The notes: a model not told the origin generated them from the letters alone. Counted from the first letter of the stretch, positions 61,901-64,000 are shown. The stretch: 64,000 nucleotides of DNA from Candidatus Omnitrophota bacterium (GCA_020429915.1 JAGQKV010000005.1:7125-71124); one strand, 5' to 3'. Translations and numbers: made by a program.

Positions 61901-64000
61901 CCGTTGACGGTAATGCCGTTGCCGCCGCCGGTGGCGACTTCATGCACCTTGCCCGCACCGAGGGTCAGATTGTTAAAGGCCTGCGCGTAATTGGTAATCA
62001 CGGCGGTTACGGCATTATCGTAGAACTGAACGGTGGATGCCGCGGAGTCGATGGAAAACGTGGTCGCCGTAATTGTTTCATCCCCGTGCAGACGCAGGCC
62101 GGCATCGACATCGAACTGGTCGGCCACGGTCACGTCAAAGCCGGCCAAATCAAGCGTCCCGTTTGTAACCAACAGGTCCTGACTGGATTCATTCAGGACC
62201 AAGTCGGCAGCCAAAATCGCGGATCCCGCTGATTTGTCGATTGTCCAATCGGCATTCGGCCACGGATCCACGGCACCGCCGGTGGAGATCGTTTGATCGA
62301 CCGCTCCGTCCAGGATGATCGGAGTGGTTCCGTCAACCCCGTTGCTGTCGGTCGATGATATATCGCCGGCCACGGTGATCGCTCCGCCGTTCATATTCAC
62401 CACCAGCAGTATCGAGAGGTTTCCGTTGACGTCCATGGTCCCGGTTAAGTTCAGATCATTGGTGCTCGTATTGATTTCCACATTGTTGAACATCATATTC
62501 GCGTCGGCAATATGGACATCCGACTGATCGGTTTGGGTAAACCGAACCGTGCTCGTGCCGCCATCCACCGCCCCGGCAATATGCGTCCAGTCATAGGCCA
62601 CGTAGATCAAGCTGGACAGCGTCAGAGTTCCACCGGACTTATTGATGACCACATTCGGGATTTGACCGCCTCCGGCAACCCCCTGGAGCTGTTGGGCGCC
62701 CGCTCCGTCCAGCAAGAGATAAACGTCCTCCAATTGCGTGTACGCGGTATCGACCAAACTTACGTCGCCAGCGACGGCCAGCGTTCCGCTGCCGGACCAG
62801 GTATTCAACGTGGTCAGCGTAAAGTTCCCGTTAATATCCAGTGTTCCGGAAGTGGTCAGCGCGGCGGTACTCTTGTTCAGGGTGAGATTGTTAAAGGCCA
62901 TCGATCCTGACGGAGCTATCGTAATCGTTGAGGCTGCGACCGGTCCGAACGTCACCGAGCTCGTGCCGCCGGCAACGGTTCCCGCGATGTAATCCCAGTC
63001 GCGGTCAATGTTCATGGCCCCCAACAGCGTCAACGTGCCTCCCGACTTATTGATCCGTATCGACGTAAAGTCCCGCGTCGCGCCGGTCACCGCCTCAAGA
63101 TTTTGATTGCCGCTGCCGTCCAGAAGAATCACGGACGTCCCGGTCACCGCCGTATCGCTGTTAACCACGTTCCCGGCCACCGCCAGCACACCGCCGTTCA
63201 TGGCCCCCATGGACGTAATCGTCAGCTGCCCATTGATGTCCATGGTTCCGCTCAGCGTCAGGTTTTGCGCTCCCGTCACCAAGGTGACATTATTAAACTG
63301 CATCGAGCCGGAGGCCAGCGTCACTGTGTGGCCGGTGGTATTGTTAAACTGCACCGTGCTACTGCCCGCGGCGACGGTCCCCGCTGTATACGTCCAGTTA
63401 CGGTCGATCGACATATTTCCCAGCAATGTGAGGGTTCCCGCGGACTTGTTAATGCTGATCGACGTAAAATTGCGGGTCGCTCCGGTGACCGCCTCCAGAT
63501 TTTGATCACCGGTTCCGTCGAGCAGAATAACCGACGTCCCGTTTATCGCGGTATCGCTGTTGCGGACATTACCGGCCACCAAATAATTTCCGGAATTCAT
63601 GTTGGCCGCGGAGACGATACTGAGCGTCCCGTTGATGTCCATATTTCCCGTCAAGGTCACGTCACCGCCGCCATCGATATTGACGTCGTTAAACACAGCG
63701 CTTCCGGTATTGAGCGCCTTGGCCCCGGCCGTCTGGAAGGTGACCGATCCTGTCCCGGCGTCAAGTGTCCCGCTGGTGACCGTCAGATTGGAATCGATGC
63801 CCAGGTCATTGGCCCCGATGGACAGCGTCCCGCCGGCAACGGTCACACTCTCGGCGTCTTGGTCGCCGGTCAGGGTGACCGCATGAGAGTCAACGGTGAC
63901 GTCATCGTCGGCGTCCGGAATAACGGCACAATCCCACGTCCCGGCGTTATTCCAGTCGCCGTCGGCCTGATCATTACAGGCCAGCGCCCAGGCGGAACCG
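37909..64000 (-). CDS. Giant mosaic repeat protein (>8,690 aa in-window; N-terminus off-window): beta-helix-like repeats, NNW modules, 9 LamG_3 domains, Cna-B-like domain, Gly-rich super-repeats
   Basis: One continuous minus-strand frame runs from the stop at 37909-37911 to the window edge. The track gives 8,645 aa from a GTG, and the frame stays open for the remaining codons up to 64000. The repeat composition is strongly periodic, as detailed in the sub-features. Confidence 0.9.
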   Translation of the reverse strand, partial: GSAWALACNDQADGDWNNAGTWDCAVIPDADDDVTVDSHAVTLTGDQDAESVTVAGGTLSIGANDLGIDSNLTVTSGTLDAGTGSVTFQTAGAKALNTGSAVFNDVNIDGGGDVTLTGNMDINGTLSIVSAANMNSGNYLVAGNVRNSDTAINGTSVILLDGTGDQNLEAVTGATRNFTSISINKSAGTLTLLGNMSIDRNWTYTAGTVAAGSSTVQFNNTTGHTVTLASGSMQFNNVTLVTGAQNLTLSGTMDINGQLTITSMGAMNGGVLAVAGNVVNSDTAVTGTSVILLDGSGNQNLEAVTGATRDFTSIRINKSGGTLTLLGAMNIDRDWDYIAGTVAGGTSSVTFGPVAASTITIAPSGSMAFNNLTLNKSTAALTTSGTLDINGNFTLTTLNTWSGSGTLAVAGDVSLVDTAYTQLEDVYLLLDGAGAQQLQGVAGGGQIPNVVINKSGGTLTLSSLIYVAYDWTHIAGAVDGGTSTVRFTQTDQSDVHIADANMMFNNVEINTSTNDLNLTGTMDVNGNLSILLVVNMNGGAITVAGDISSTDSNGVDGTTPIILDGAVDQTISTGGAVDPWPNADWTIDKSAGSAILAADLVLNESSQDLLVTNGTLDLAGFDVTVADQFDVDAGLRLHGDETITATTFSIDSAASTVQFYDNAVTAVITNYAQAFNNLTLGAGKVHEVATGGGNGITVNGTFDSNGSLASRSVLRSVADAAVDWELDLQGVSNLQDKVDVKRSDASAGTLVIAGGSTDSGNNTNWLFSSAVVWDGGGGDNNWSTPQNWLGDSTPGAGDIAVFNGTSTKDATVDASVTIAGILIQSSYSGTITQGAGSNMDLGTSGFDQQGGAFTGGTANINVEGDWSVSGGTFTGGGSTVIFDATSGTQTVNAGSSIFNAVTISQTDDTFAITGTMDVNGALTISNTALITTGTIAAGGDIVTTDTTVEGSFAIYVDGVGAQSLNASGGTGELPGIRINKSGGTLTVSDTININDRGWYYVAGTVDSGTSTVVLTDAATVSSGTMMFNNVTVNTDETTDDITISGTVDINGNLTLTQLDLIETGTLAVAGDVTTTDATVDGSGFLVFDGSGAQALGAGGGTGALPSLIVDKSAGTLTISDTIDIYGNNDGAKVVFDYIQGTVDAGTSTIRIRDRGTIDAGSVVLNNLIFNAGVADDVTITGTLNIGNNLTISQISSLLGGEIGVSGDVVSTDTSVTGSTVIVIEGSGAQAMNGSGGDAALTGIRINKPSGTLTVTDDIYISGNNNGAQVLLEYVQGTTDWSASSVSFNDGGVINTGTMSVNDVAINTDTSDGLDITGTFDINGQLAIVQMGSGGLDGGVVTLAGDLTNTVDTDVDGTTNIVFDGTATQTITGIAGDPWTNGSFTVNKVSGSVVLAFDFSAVEASEDFVVTAGTLDLAGFNLAVADQIDVDDGFRLYGNETVTSAALSFDAVTSTVQFYNSGVTATITDYGQSFGTVILGASKIHEVATGGGNGITINGTFDSNGTSGTQSILRSVADAAVDWELTLTGNSQLQDKVDVKRSDASSGGVVLATGSTDSGNNTNWFFGSGVIWDGGGADNNWSTPQNWLGDVVPSPTDVAIFDITSSKDATIDANVTILGILIDASYTGTITQGAGITVDLGADGYIQEGATFIASDTTINVEGDWTFSGGTFTANTSTVIFDATTGTQTVTSGAMIFNDVTVSQTDDTFDVSGTMDINGTLTLTNTAVMTTGTLAVAGNVVTTDAAITGAAVVYFDGGGAQSLTSNGGTGEVTGVSINKGGGTLTILGTINIDDAGWTYTAGTVDAGTSKVVFTDTSTVDSGAMMFNDVDITMEAAADDLNITGTMDVEGDLAITLLANLNGGDIAVATNVTTTDTTISGDGLIAFDGGGAQVLDAAGGTGELPGVIVDKSGGTLTIQDTINIDTGGWTYNMGTVDAGTSTVVLTNVSTVSAGSMSFNDVTVAAGGTNNITVSGTMDVAGTLSITSVSNINSSAVTVAGNIITTDTTAGGTSTIIADGPGAQTLSAGGGTGELPGFEVDKASGTLTIQDNINIDTGGWTYMAGTVDAGTSTVIFTATATVTGGSMTFNDVNINTGAAGDLTVSGTMDIAGTLTINSVNDINSGPIAISGNVITVDTTAGGTSLILFDGTGAQTLSANGATGEVPGVEINKTSGTLTIQDNINVDGGGWTYTAGNVDAGTSTVIWTDALTVASGTISFANVTFNTATLDVTVSGTLDVNGTLTLTTVGNINSGTVAAGGMVVSTDTGYGGSATLLFDGAMVQGFNLSGATGGINIDIDVNKTGGSVHLQSALTLDAAGQDFTIIEGTFDISGNNLSFSGNSFTVEDGGVYQLEGGETSSAPTLNSGSTVSYNGTSGPYTINDWGYDDLRVASDHLVGYWKYDETTSGGMNYSSSQYARHMFPYGTGGANTYPQPSASVPTTSFNNTRSFDFDGTDDYTKAAGFNELGTSNQPYTISAWINRDSGETDGTIIHASLLSAGTGGWCVSMLTLDSSQIEAHSWAPGAVQADGTTTLNAGQWYHIATTWDPVNGLTVYVNGVLEDSTAQATFSASGGANYIFAGWSGATCSGSENNYFDGQIDDVRIYSRALSATEIAELAAGDHLTENGYGEDFNLTANESLSGDLFVVNGTFDLVDNDLTVTGTVSNDDVIRLEGGQTVSITNMDSDSGLTRYDGSGTYSDWALDDEYYNLEFIGSGTWTAGSDMDVNGTITIESGTVADGGNSILLAGNWMRPGGTYTATGTIDFDGGDQTIYDSTTFNNFRKNVTTAATFTFETMERQIITGAMTMNGAAGQLLTLRGTEISLIQWEINPQGTRSVSYLDVTDSWNVNATEIDCTNNCVNSGNNTEWLFTTPTVNISGTVFTDEGSTNIGAGITVAISIDGAAAAATDDTDGSGTYSLTGLMMNAGDTLTLYIDDEASQGATVTIASDEDISNVDIYAGYLIVRSDNMGFNSNTLMADGDDNGDTDITDIFTVTAGNTLQVGSGIEMLVPMNQTYISQGAIETHSLDIEGTLNVSNYTISVDGNWENTGSFGMVGTVTFQGGAVQTIDAGGTGTAINDSTRDFPNLVITNNSFLQMINTELEVDTQLTINNGSTLDLNGQTLDLNGILSNDGTLRMQGSEGFEIGTFDSDSGLVMYDGTSSVTINATLSTYYDLTFDEEGTSDPTFTLPDIDLTVNGSLTIADAIVTNDDDKILTVSNDMVIQDTLTMAAGEIRVGGNWDATGGTFTPSTGSVIMSSSGTATITSNGNAFNDLYLNDGLTGYWKFDETSGTTSYDFSGYGYDGTQINTPTPSTVVPPRLRFTSLRSMDFNGSNEYVRATGFNTPTGDFTYSAWVIHDTATANDMIFMNADTSGNNEFVILANASNQIVVHTNNVSRVTSAQTITTDGVTWNHVAVTRSGSTIRIYINGVLDASTGTDGVAMSFTGCPLLIGADSDAGCFTTVNDFWDGHIDEARVYNRALSYAEIRRLANGHLPQVAAGTFTLQDDLDINGTLSINAGELDTGSDRNINVAGSWLNNGGIYTTNNNTVTMDGTGTGLVIQTGTMAFDTWQQTGSGTWTLYDAIDVNNEGNISAGTLTTATSPLPILLTGSLSVDGGTFTGVANDVRHDGQLSISSGAFTAPSTNYVLTETMNHTGGTFTNNGGTWVWAGTTSVAPDFSGGTVFNNVSLNDGLVGYWKLDEVAATALDSSGYGNHGTTANIAADASVPGAISFTDPLAYAFNGTTSTVNVGDPSGGELDFGVNEYFTISVWVKGSDTTNAQKVVDKRSTNGYQIRYTSGGGFFLRIDETSAITDTATSATVMDGAWHHIAAGRTPTHHFIIVDGTTVDITEDSSVEDISVTDDFAIGCNSASCTSGAWNGSIDDVRIYNRVLSMEEIQALAAGAQDPVSGRWTMAQTLDVDGGLLLSKTLDLNANNLDLEGSFDTDGTFIAQGDETISILTPQAIGGLAIYDGAVTSTLTADITGYYRLTFDNAGGTWTFPDTAVTVTSTMTIANGTAITDDDKQLTLDDVDINDTFTMQSGDVKVGGLWDATGGTFTSTGTLIFTSTENETITSNGSSFNDVIFNDGLVGYWRFEESAGNTCSGGVDDSCDLTKNGYDGFWSSSPTPTTTVAENIGYDNRRSIFLDGTDYIAIRDLNYDQVGQLEAVTACAWIRTTDTDGAIIDFDRSEYFSLSINFTSCANGEVQWSVADSGATVNDQCSASAVNDDQWHHVCGVYDATVTNDSIIYIDGVAESSNAFALGTALGTGTTRYGFIGDGSEASTFNSSTNAVYFGGYIDEVRLYHRALSAAEIRLLAAGTMPGSALGTYTLQDNLDVNGTLQFYSGALDTGADRDVNVGGSWLNYGGAFVANSGNVIFDGAGTGSLILSGSQTFYDAEINGAGTWTLQDNFPITTIFDSRDGVLTYSDDTNIEPVTIEGTYRITTGGGAGTFTGTANRFRHAGNLLIQAGTYTAPTDVLEITGSFVHSAGTFTHSTSTVMFTGTVTGGQIDTSAGTSFHNVIINDGLVGYWKMTESVSPSFDYSGYDNDCTWINSPTASTEVPEVSFTDPGSLDFDNADGDYLNCGATDSLAITDTITIMAWIYIDGAADPEEIIVTRSNSTGNQTNWRFMASTYNGGAGGNWGFRTDATSAEIQASTALSAGQWYHVAVTYDRTTVRFYLNGMPDGSGADADTLGTNYDVKIGRGIGGAQEHFDGRIDEVRIYNRVLSAAEIAAVTNSGQVATQTGIYTLQTDLDINGTLTLNSGELDIGDNRSINVAGSWFNHGGTFDEKTGAVTFDVQSGTVTVQETQTFYHVTVDDSPGGAGTVQQYSPLDINGTLTIAAGTLDASSNNHTINLAGGWDNSDTFLAQTGTVTLDGTLQAISGTTSFYNLSKNETTDDGTDSVLTFEAGTVFTVDGTLTLQGLDNDDRINLVSSSPGTRFTLDVTDADQRARFIDVTDSQTSSNDIIARRSLDTSNNDTDELTPHWIISPGDIYEWTSNGDGATWTDQANWDFGDASPGNDGYPDDNFDEALVLISADDITTPAGTLTLASFEMSSDFTGSVTLTGTLVADDAMGLSGNVTIATGTLTHPDNSNTETSKVVIQADGYLVVASGAQINVDALGYDMSFGPGAPVSMDNGGGYGGIGGDHSRDGTESTTYGSLFAPVNIGSGGVNSFGDGSGGGAVILTVAGTVTVDGTITAGGEGGRTSGSGGSIFITADNLQGSGALAANGGSNLPASDRAGGGGGRIAVILTGAGADFSAFNVAGTLQAHGGEATADYEDGAAGTIYLEAPDVASGQGTLIIDNNDLTVTGTVVTLMPTAVNLNNFEDIVIRNRGYLGVDADDTLTFGTANLTTEGKNDAFITIIDDTLVTFPNPYTLTGYTLNGDGLSSITGDWTITDGVLSHSQNATAETWLLNMTLAGDLVINADGAVDVSEKGYTSGYGPGSPVIAENGGAYGGRGGDHDDDGATSSTYGSITAPVNFGSGGSINTFGYAHGGGAIILNVSGTTTVNGTMAADGAFGDADGSGAGGSIYLTTGFLTGTGAFSADGGGGTNSRGGGGGGRIAVILTGASADFSAFDVTGTMHAYGGPQWAANGAGAAGTLYRQTEAQGTGNGILIIDNNGQDTASAGNVITALDDEDVNITTVVGSLVILNNADFTIGSDDELTVGGTLTTLTIDVTGSLVNEGTLNLGGSVFSVADLTDISFSTTGSDVVYIGQDDDAGVSILDRVYYNLRADNAGTTFTNTAALDINGSFNLDDGFFVQGNNNMNVAGNFTLASGTTFTKPTGSGTLTFDGDLYFADNTSPLQDLGRLVIGSSPDTTTLTTDMSATTLTVDTGDALITDGYEVDIAGTVTINGTLNATSGTDAATTITLGGPWDSSGGIFTESVSTVIFDGTTGTATITMGSNSFYNLTVNDGNAGGDYTVRTVSDLYINGSLAVADGTFDADGYELTIGSNVDINGTLDIGSGTDGAVTAVVGGNWDATGGVFTATDSTVLFTGTSASATITSNANAFNNVTLNDGLVGYWKLDEAAADTCSGGTNDACDSSGYGYDGAWGGNATADTNVAETITFTNPRSVTFDGTGDSINMGDVLDQTTSFSVSFWMYAQDIATAGRRIVIKDNGSNGWAVSLGDPGAGALRFFIRSVSTVSTDTAAVITANRWYHVAAVFDDAANTKRIYVNGTQEALSSSVTGTPIDGPSFLGIGGGGSGNSFQGEIDEVRIYNRALSAAEVRAMANGYQPATSAGTYTLQDDLDINGTLTINSGELDTGSDRDITIADSWMNNGGKFTANNGDVLFDGGPSVGLILSGSQTFYNVDVTTSGTWSLQDNAPVSNVFDISAGVLTYSTDTTIEPVAIVGNTTLTGGTFTGNARRFRHDGDLTISSGQYTAPTDVLEIDGTFTHSGGTFTNSSSTVMFTGTDNHGIDVTGGAVFDDVIVNDGLIGYWKLDEASGSTSIDSSGYGNHGTWQGTPAATSSVSSAIQFRDPQALDFGATTDYVLIPRSRELSDLTELTLAAWVRVDGAPGTGWGRIIHKSDGGTADDYALIHRASTLAMIFRIHVGGAQVQITGNPVTTADGWVHVAGTWNGSSVRLYQDGTLTAGPTAASGALTDSIEPLAIGRHENSNTRDFDGAIDEVRIYNRALSSTEIAALAAGSTPAAAVGAYTLQADLDVDGTLIINSGELDAGANRAIDVGGFWLNHGGVFDEQSGSVTMDAQSGTVGVQELQTFYNLIVDDTPGGGTTFELYSALDVNNDLTIAGGDLDVSAANYDINLAGNWINNDTFTAQSGTFALDGTTQSLVGSTTFYNLSKVETTNNATDSVITLEAGSTFAVQNNLTVAGIDSDDRVNLVSSVPGTRWNLDVQLGDERVMWLDVSDGEALSNDILAANSIDNSNNDSMEAAPHFVFSFGSIYEWTGASDQATWEDELNWDFGDGSAGDDGYPDDATDKAFFMSSGHIIDTPSGTLTIGEIETQTGFTGTIVLTGTMEVDDSTGLSGDAFFVTGTLRHLDNSTAETNRFIMLVDGDFNLGSLAMIDVSGLGYDTNQGPGQPAGSRVGGAYGGSGGDYNMGGEANTSVYGSITAPVNIGSGGGIIATGSSGGGAVILEVAGTATIDGTIAADGVDGSDGSGSGGSIFITAGQLTGTGTLTANGGSGITGRGSGGGGRIAAVLTASGADFMSWTGTMNAFGGKSTDGQHEDGAAGTVYLETEAVIAGGGTLIIDNDGADAYAEVTTLMPTSVNLDSFAEIVIRNNGHLAIGADDTYDFTNDTITGSGASESYVTIIDDTLVTFPAAYTISNYTLHPDGVSAVTGHWTVASGGRLSHTMNREAETYTLNLTITGSLTVQSGGEINVDYMGYESSFGPGVPTTARDGGSYGGCGGDHSPKTNTCTTYGSITAPVNIGSGTLDDSGMHELGSGGGAIILTVTGTTTLEGTMSAVGEENLDFTAAAGSGGSIYLTTGYLTGAGAFDADGGDGSAQGRAGGGGGRIAVILTGTSADLMSFTGTMHAYGGIGIATDYGAAGTVYTETAVQGSGNGILTVDNQNRDADTANGVVTTLDDEDANITTVVGSLLVDNGGYFVMGADDQLTIGGTLATLTVNSGATFVNEGTLYLGGEGFTALGTVNFATTGNIVEYTGRDDDNTIPVLGAVYYNVNFDNDGTIFRTFVDLDVNGTFNLQAGTFDQNSSDLNVAGNFILDAGTVFLKSDAGTLTFDGDLTYADNTSPQQDVGWIVVGQSPDMTTLTTNLTGTSMKIMSTDALVTDGYDVFLSGTMDINGTLNAASGSGGRTVIAVGGIWDMTGGVFTSTGSSVVLTGTTGSLTVTADTKSFNDLAINNGLVGYWKLDESASPAVDYSGYGHDGTWVNDVSVNVSVNGTINFNNPGAAELDGNNDYIEIADSDVLDLDTAAGITIAAWIYPDTWGQSVQGRIVDKGGGLNDEGGWVFHISDLNSGGQPNEGLVLQLEGSSTNYTFSSNDQVVDLGEWQHVAVVWEDATDVATFYVNGRAAGSDTQAGSSIDAYTDTVRIGMRASDLNRDFDGRIDEVRVYSRALSAAEIARIADGYMPGTGLGTYTLQDNLDVNGSLSINDGTLDTGADRQINVALSWLNNGGIFAPNSGIVVFDSSAPDNEILSGSQTFYAVDIAAGNPNGGWVLQDDIPVTNGLDISLGSLTYADSTIIEPVAVIGDTTVTGGRFTGTTNRFRHDGNLTITTGVYTASSDTTELDASFDHAGGTFTHSSGAVMFTGTGTETIDSTGGTIFNDLIINDGLIGYWNLDETAEDSNSVCNAAATFDDACDLSGYGNHGEWAGTPTSSTDISGSIAFADAASLEFDGSSDYVAIDDNPVFDFDISHDYSWSLWFLTQDLTANGGWPTLWSQTAGGNNYFYFYTHTVSSGDLPGGSVTDGISVWFYTQGANRIVTEAESVVTEDVWTHVVVTYDASQSAANRFSIYVNGTDVTGGSSTGGTVTDIPVTDVRIGSNASFPTELFDGLIDDVRMYNRLLSTAEIQALANGNMPATAVGTYTLQTALDVNGTLRLNAGTLDVSAGNDYQINVGGNWENFGGVFAARSGTVVLDGADQEIPASETFYSLDKTLSAGPARTLTVGQQSTLTVAGTLTLDGFNGSNRLNIRSSTTGTRFTVDVTGAEQNVGFVNVRDSQASSNNIVTGNSVDAGNTDRPEAEPHWIFGPLRGAVIIVD
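38461..39201 (-). other. LamG_3 domain 9 (res ~8216-8462), Cys-containing variant
   Basis: GLIGYWNLDETAEDSNSVCNAAATFDDACD ... WTHVVVTYD ... FDGLIDDVRMYNRLLSTAEIQAL. The following unit is 430 aa, the same as unit 8. Confidence 0.75.
39814..40491 (-). other. LamG_3 domain 8 (res ~7786-8010)
   Basis: GLVGYWKLDESASPA ... WQHVAVVWE ... FDGRIDEVRVYSRALSAAEIARI. It is followed by a 430-aa unit. Confidence 0.75.
40492..44679 (-). repeat. Super-repeat B (~1,396 aa; res 6390-7785), paralogous to super-repeat A
   Basis: It has the same module order as A. The Gly-rich modules lie at about 42367-42876 and 41413-41928 (GGAYGGSGGDY...GGGAVILEVAG...GSGGGGRIAAVLT and GGSYGGCGGDH...GGGAIILTVTG...GGGGGRIAVILTG). 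Confidence 0.7.
44002..44679 (-). other. LamG_3 domain 7 (res ~6390-6615); begins super-repeat B
   Basis: GLIGYWKLDEASGST ... WVHVAGTWN ... FDGAIDEVRIYNRALSSTEIAAL. Confidence 0.75.
45277..45933 (-). other. LamG_3 domain 6 (res ~5972-6190), Cys-containing variant
   Basis: GLVGYWKLDEAAADTCSGGTNDACD ... WYHVAAVFD ... FQGEIDEVRIYNRALSAAEVRAM. Confidence 0.75.
45934..50433 (-). repeat. Super-repeat A (~1,500 aa; res 4472-5971): LamG + beta-helix cap + two Gly-rich modules + beta-helix
   Basis: It is homologous along its length to super-repeat B (for example TPHWIISPGDIYEWTSNGDGATWTDQANWDFGD vs APHFVFSFGSIYEWTGASDQATWEDELNWDFGD, and GYDMSFGPGAPVSMDNGGGYGGIGGDH vs GYDTNQGPGQPAGSRVGGAYGGSGGDY). 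The Gly-rich modules lie at about 48130-48633 and 47170-47685. Confidence 0.7.
49792..50433 (-). other. LamG_3 domain 5 (res ~4472-4685); begins super-repeat A
   Basis: GLVGYWKMTESVSPS ... WYHVAVTYD ... FDGRIDEVRIYNRVLSAAEIAAV. Confidence 0.75.
51052..51747 (-). other. LamG_3 domain 4 (res ~4034-4265), Cys-containing variant
   Basis: GLVGYWRFEESAGNTCSGGVDDSCD ... WHHVCGVYD ... FGGYIDEVRLYHRALSAAEIRLL. Confidence 0.75.
52297..52935 (-). other. LamG_3 domain 3 (res ~3638-3850)
   Basis: GLVGYWKLDEVAATA ... WHHIAAGRT ... NGSIDDVRIYNRVLSMEEIQAL. Confidence 0.75.
53542..54174 (-). other. LamG_3 domain 2 (res ~3225-3435)
   Basis: GLTGYWKFDETSGTT ... WNHVAVTRSG ... FWDGHIDEARVYNRALSYAEIRRL. Confidence 0.75.
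55114..55395 (-). other. Cna-B-type / carboxypeptidase-regulatory-like (prealbumin fold) domain candidate (res ~2818-2911)
   Basis: TVNISGTVFTDEGSTNIGAGITVAISIDG...DGSGTYSLTGL..GDTLTLYI...YAGYLIV, the typical G-x-V-x-D...G-x-Y-x-[LF] pattern. Confidence 0.5.
56137..56826 (-). other. LamG_3 (concanavalin A-like lectin) domain 1 (res ~2341-2570)
   Basis: HLVGYWKYDE ... WYHIATTWD ... FDGQIDDVRIYSRALSATEIAEL. Confidence 0.75.
59077..59889 (-). repeat. 'NNW' module 2 (res ~1320-1590)
   Basis: ...GGGNGITINGTFDSNG...VDWELTLTG...KVDVKRSDASSGG...NTNWFFGSGVIWDGGGADNNWSTPQNWLGDVVPSPTDVAIFDIT.... Confidence 0.6.
61477..62289 (-). repeat. 'NNW' module 1 (giant protein res ~520-790)
   Basis: ...GGGNGITVNGTFDSNG...VDWELDLQG...KVDVKRSDAS...NTNWLFSSAVVWDGGGGDNNWSTPQNWLGDSTPGAGDIAVFNGT.... 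It is about 70% identical to module 2. The NW...NW...P..D.A.F pattern resembles the openings of autotransporter-associated beta-strand repeat regions. Confidence 0.6.

Larger units (their letters stand above)
56827..64000 (-). repeat. N-terminal ~2,340-aa region of ~105-aa beta-helix-like tandem units
   Basis: Recurring core S-G-x-M-x-F-N-[ND]-V-x-[VI]-N...D-[LV]-x-[IV]-[ST]-G-T-[ML]-D-[IV]-N-G-x-L-[TS]-[IL]...A-[VI]-A-G-[DN]-V...T-D-T...DG-x-G-A-Q...GGTGELPG...[IV]-[ND]-K-SGGTLT. Adjacent units are most similar. Confidence 0.7.

Noticed and set aside
38390-63886. About 70 plus-strand ORFs (60-555 aa) tiled across the giant gene, for example 57049-58716 (555 aa), 40948-42078 (376 aa), 51517-52386 (289 aa), 47785-48537 (250 aa) and 39964-40695 (243 aa).
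   Set aside because: All are antisense to the continuous 8,645-aa minus-strand frame. Their products are low-complexity (R/G/D/P-rich) and mirror the repeat periodicity of the sense strand. None has a plausible RBS or homology. Long antisense ORFs are expected in GC-rich repetitive coding DNA.
37909-64000. The giant ORF as a pure assembly artefact (collapsed or chimeric repeats).
   Set aside because: It cannot be excluded without reads. The paralogous super-repeats and LamG cassettes have diverged to about 60-70% identity, not near 100%. The frame is intact for 26 kb, and unit boundaries are in phase. It is therefore reported as real, with the caveat.

Overview
This 64-kb window has a GC content of roughly 55-60% and comes from an uncultured-type bacterium in which nearly every gene is on the minus strand. 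It has four parts.

- **1-6.7 kb:** a Bacteroidetes-style V-type ATPase operon in the order E, DUF2764, A, B, D, I. The I subunit is truncated at the window start.
- **6.8-20 kb:** one long co-directional array running dsbA-like, terminator and promoter, rpmA, glmS, rsmI, a PyrR-type attenuator leader, pyrR, pyrB, pyrC, LOG, a TPR membrane protein, mutM, pyrK, tauE, pyrD, pyrF, then the atpE promoter. A second pyrimidine/purine block lies at 30-37.6 kb (carA, carB, purF, pyrG, tRNA-Leu(GAG), rpe and a Flp-type pilin).
- **20-29 kb:** housekeeping genes (dacA-like, trmB, a BamE-like lipoprotein, uppP, rsmE, an FAD oxidoreductase) and a translationally coupled FIST sensor, GAF histidine kinase and REC-GGDEF signalling operon.
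- **37.9-64 kb:** a single uninterrupted minus-strand ORF of more than 26 kb (more than 8,690 codons). Its 5' end is off-window. It encodes a mosaic giant protein with about 105-aa beta-helix-like repeats, two 'NNW' modules, nine LamG_3 lectin-like domains, a Cna-B-like fold and two large super-repeats carrying Gly-rich modules.

Outside the genes there are four dispersed intercistronic palindromic elements built from a TCGAATATCGAA motif, tandem GGGTTAAG repeats between the giant gene and the carA promoter, and several sigma70-like promoters. No transposases, CRISPR, rRNA or recognizable defence genes are present. The many long plus-strand ORFs are antisense artefacts. Motif coordinates located by hand may be off by 1-2 nt.
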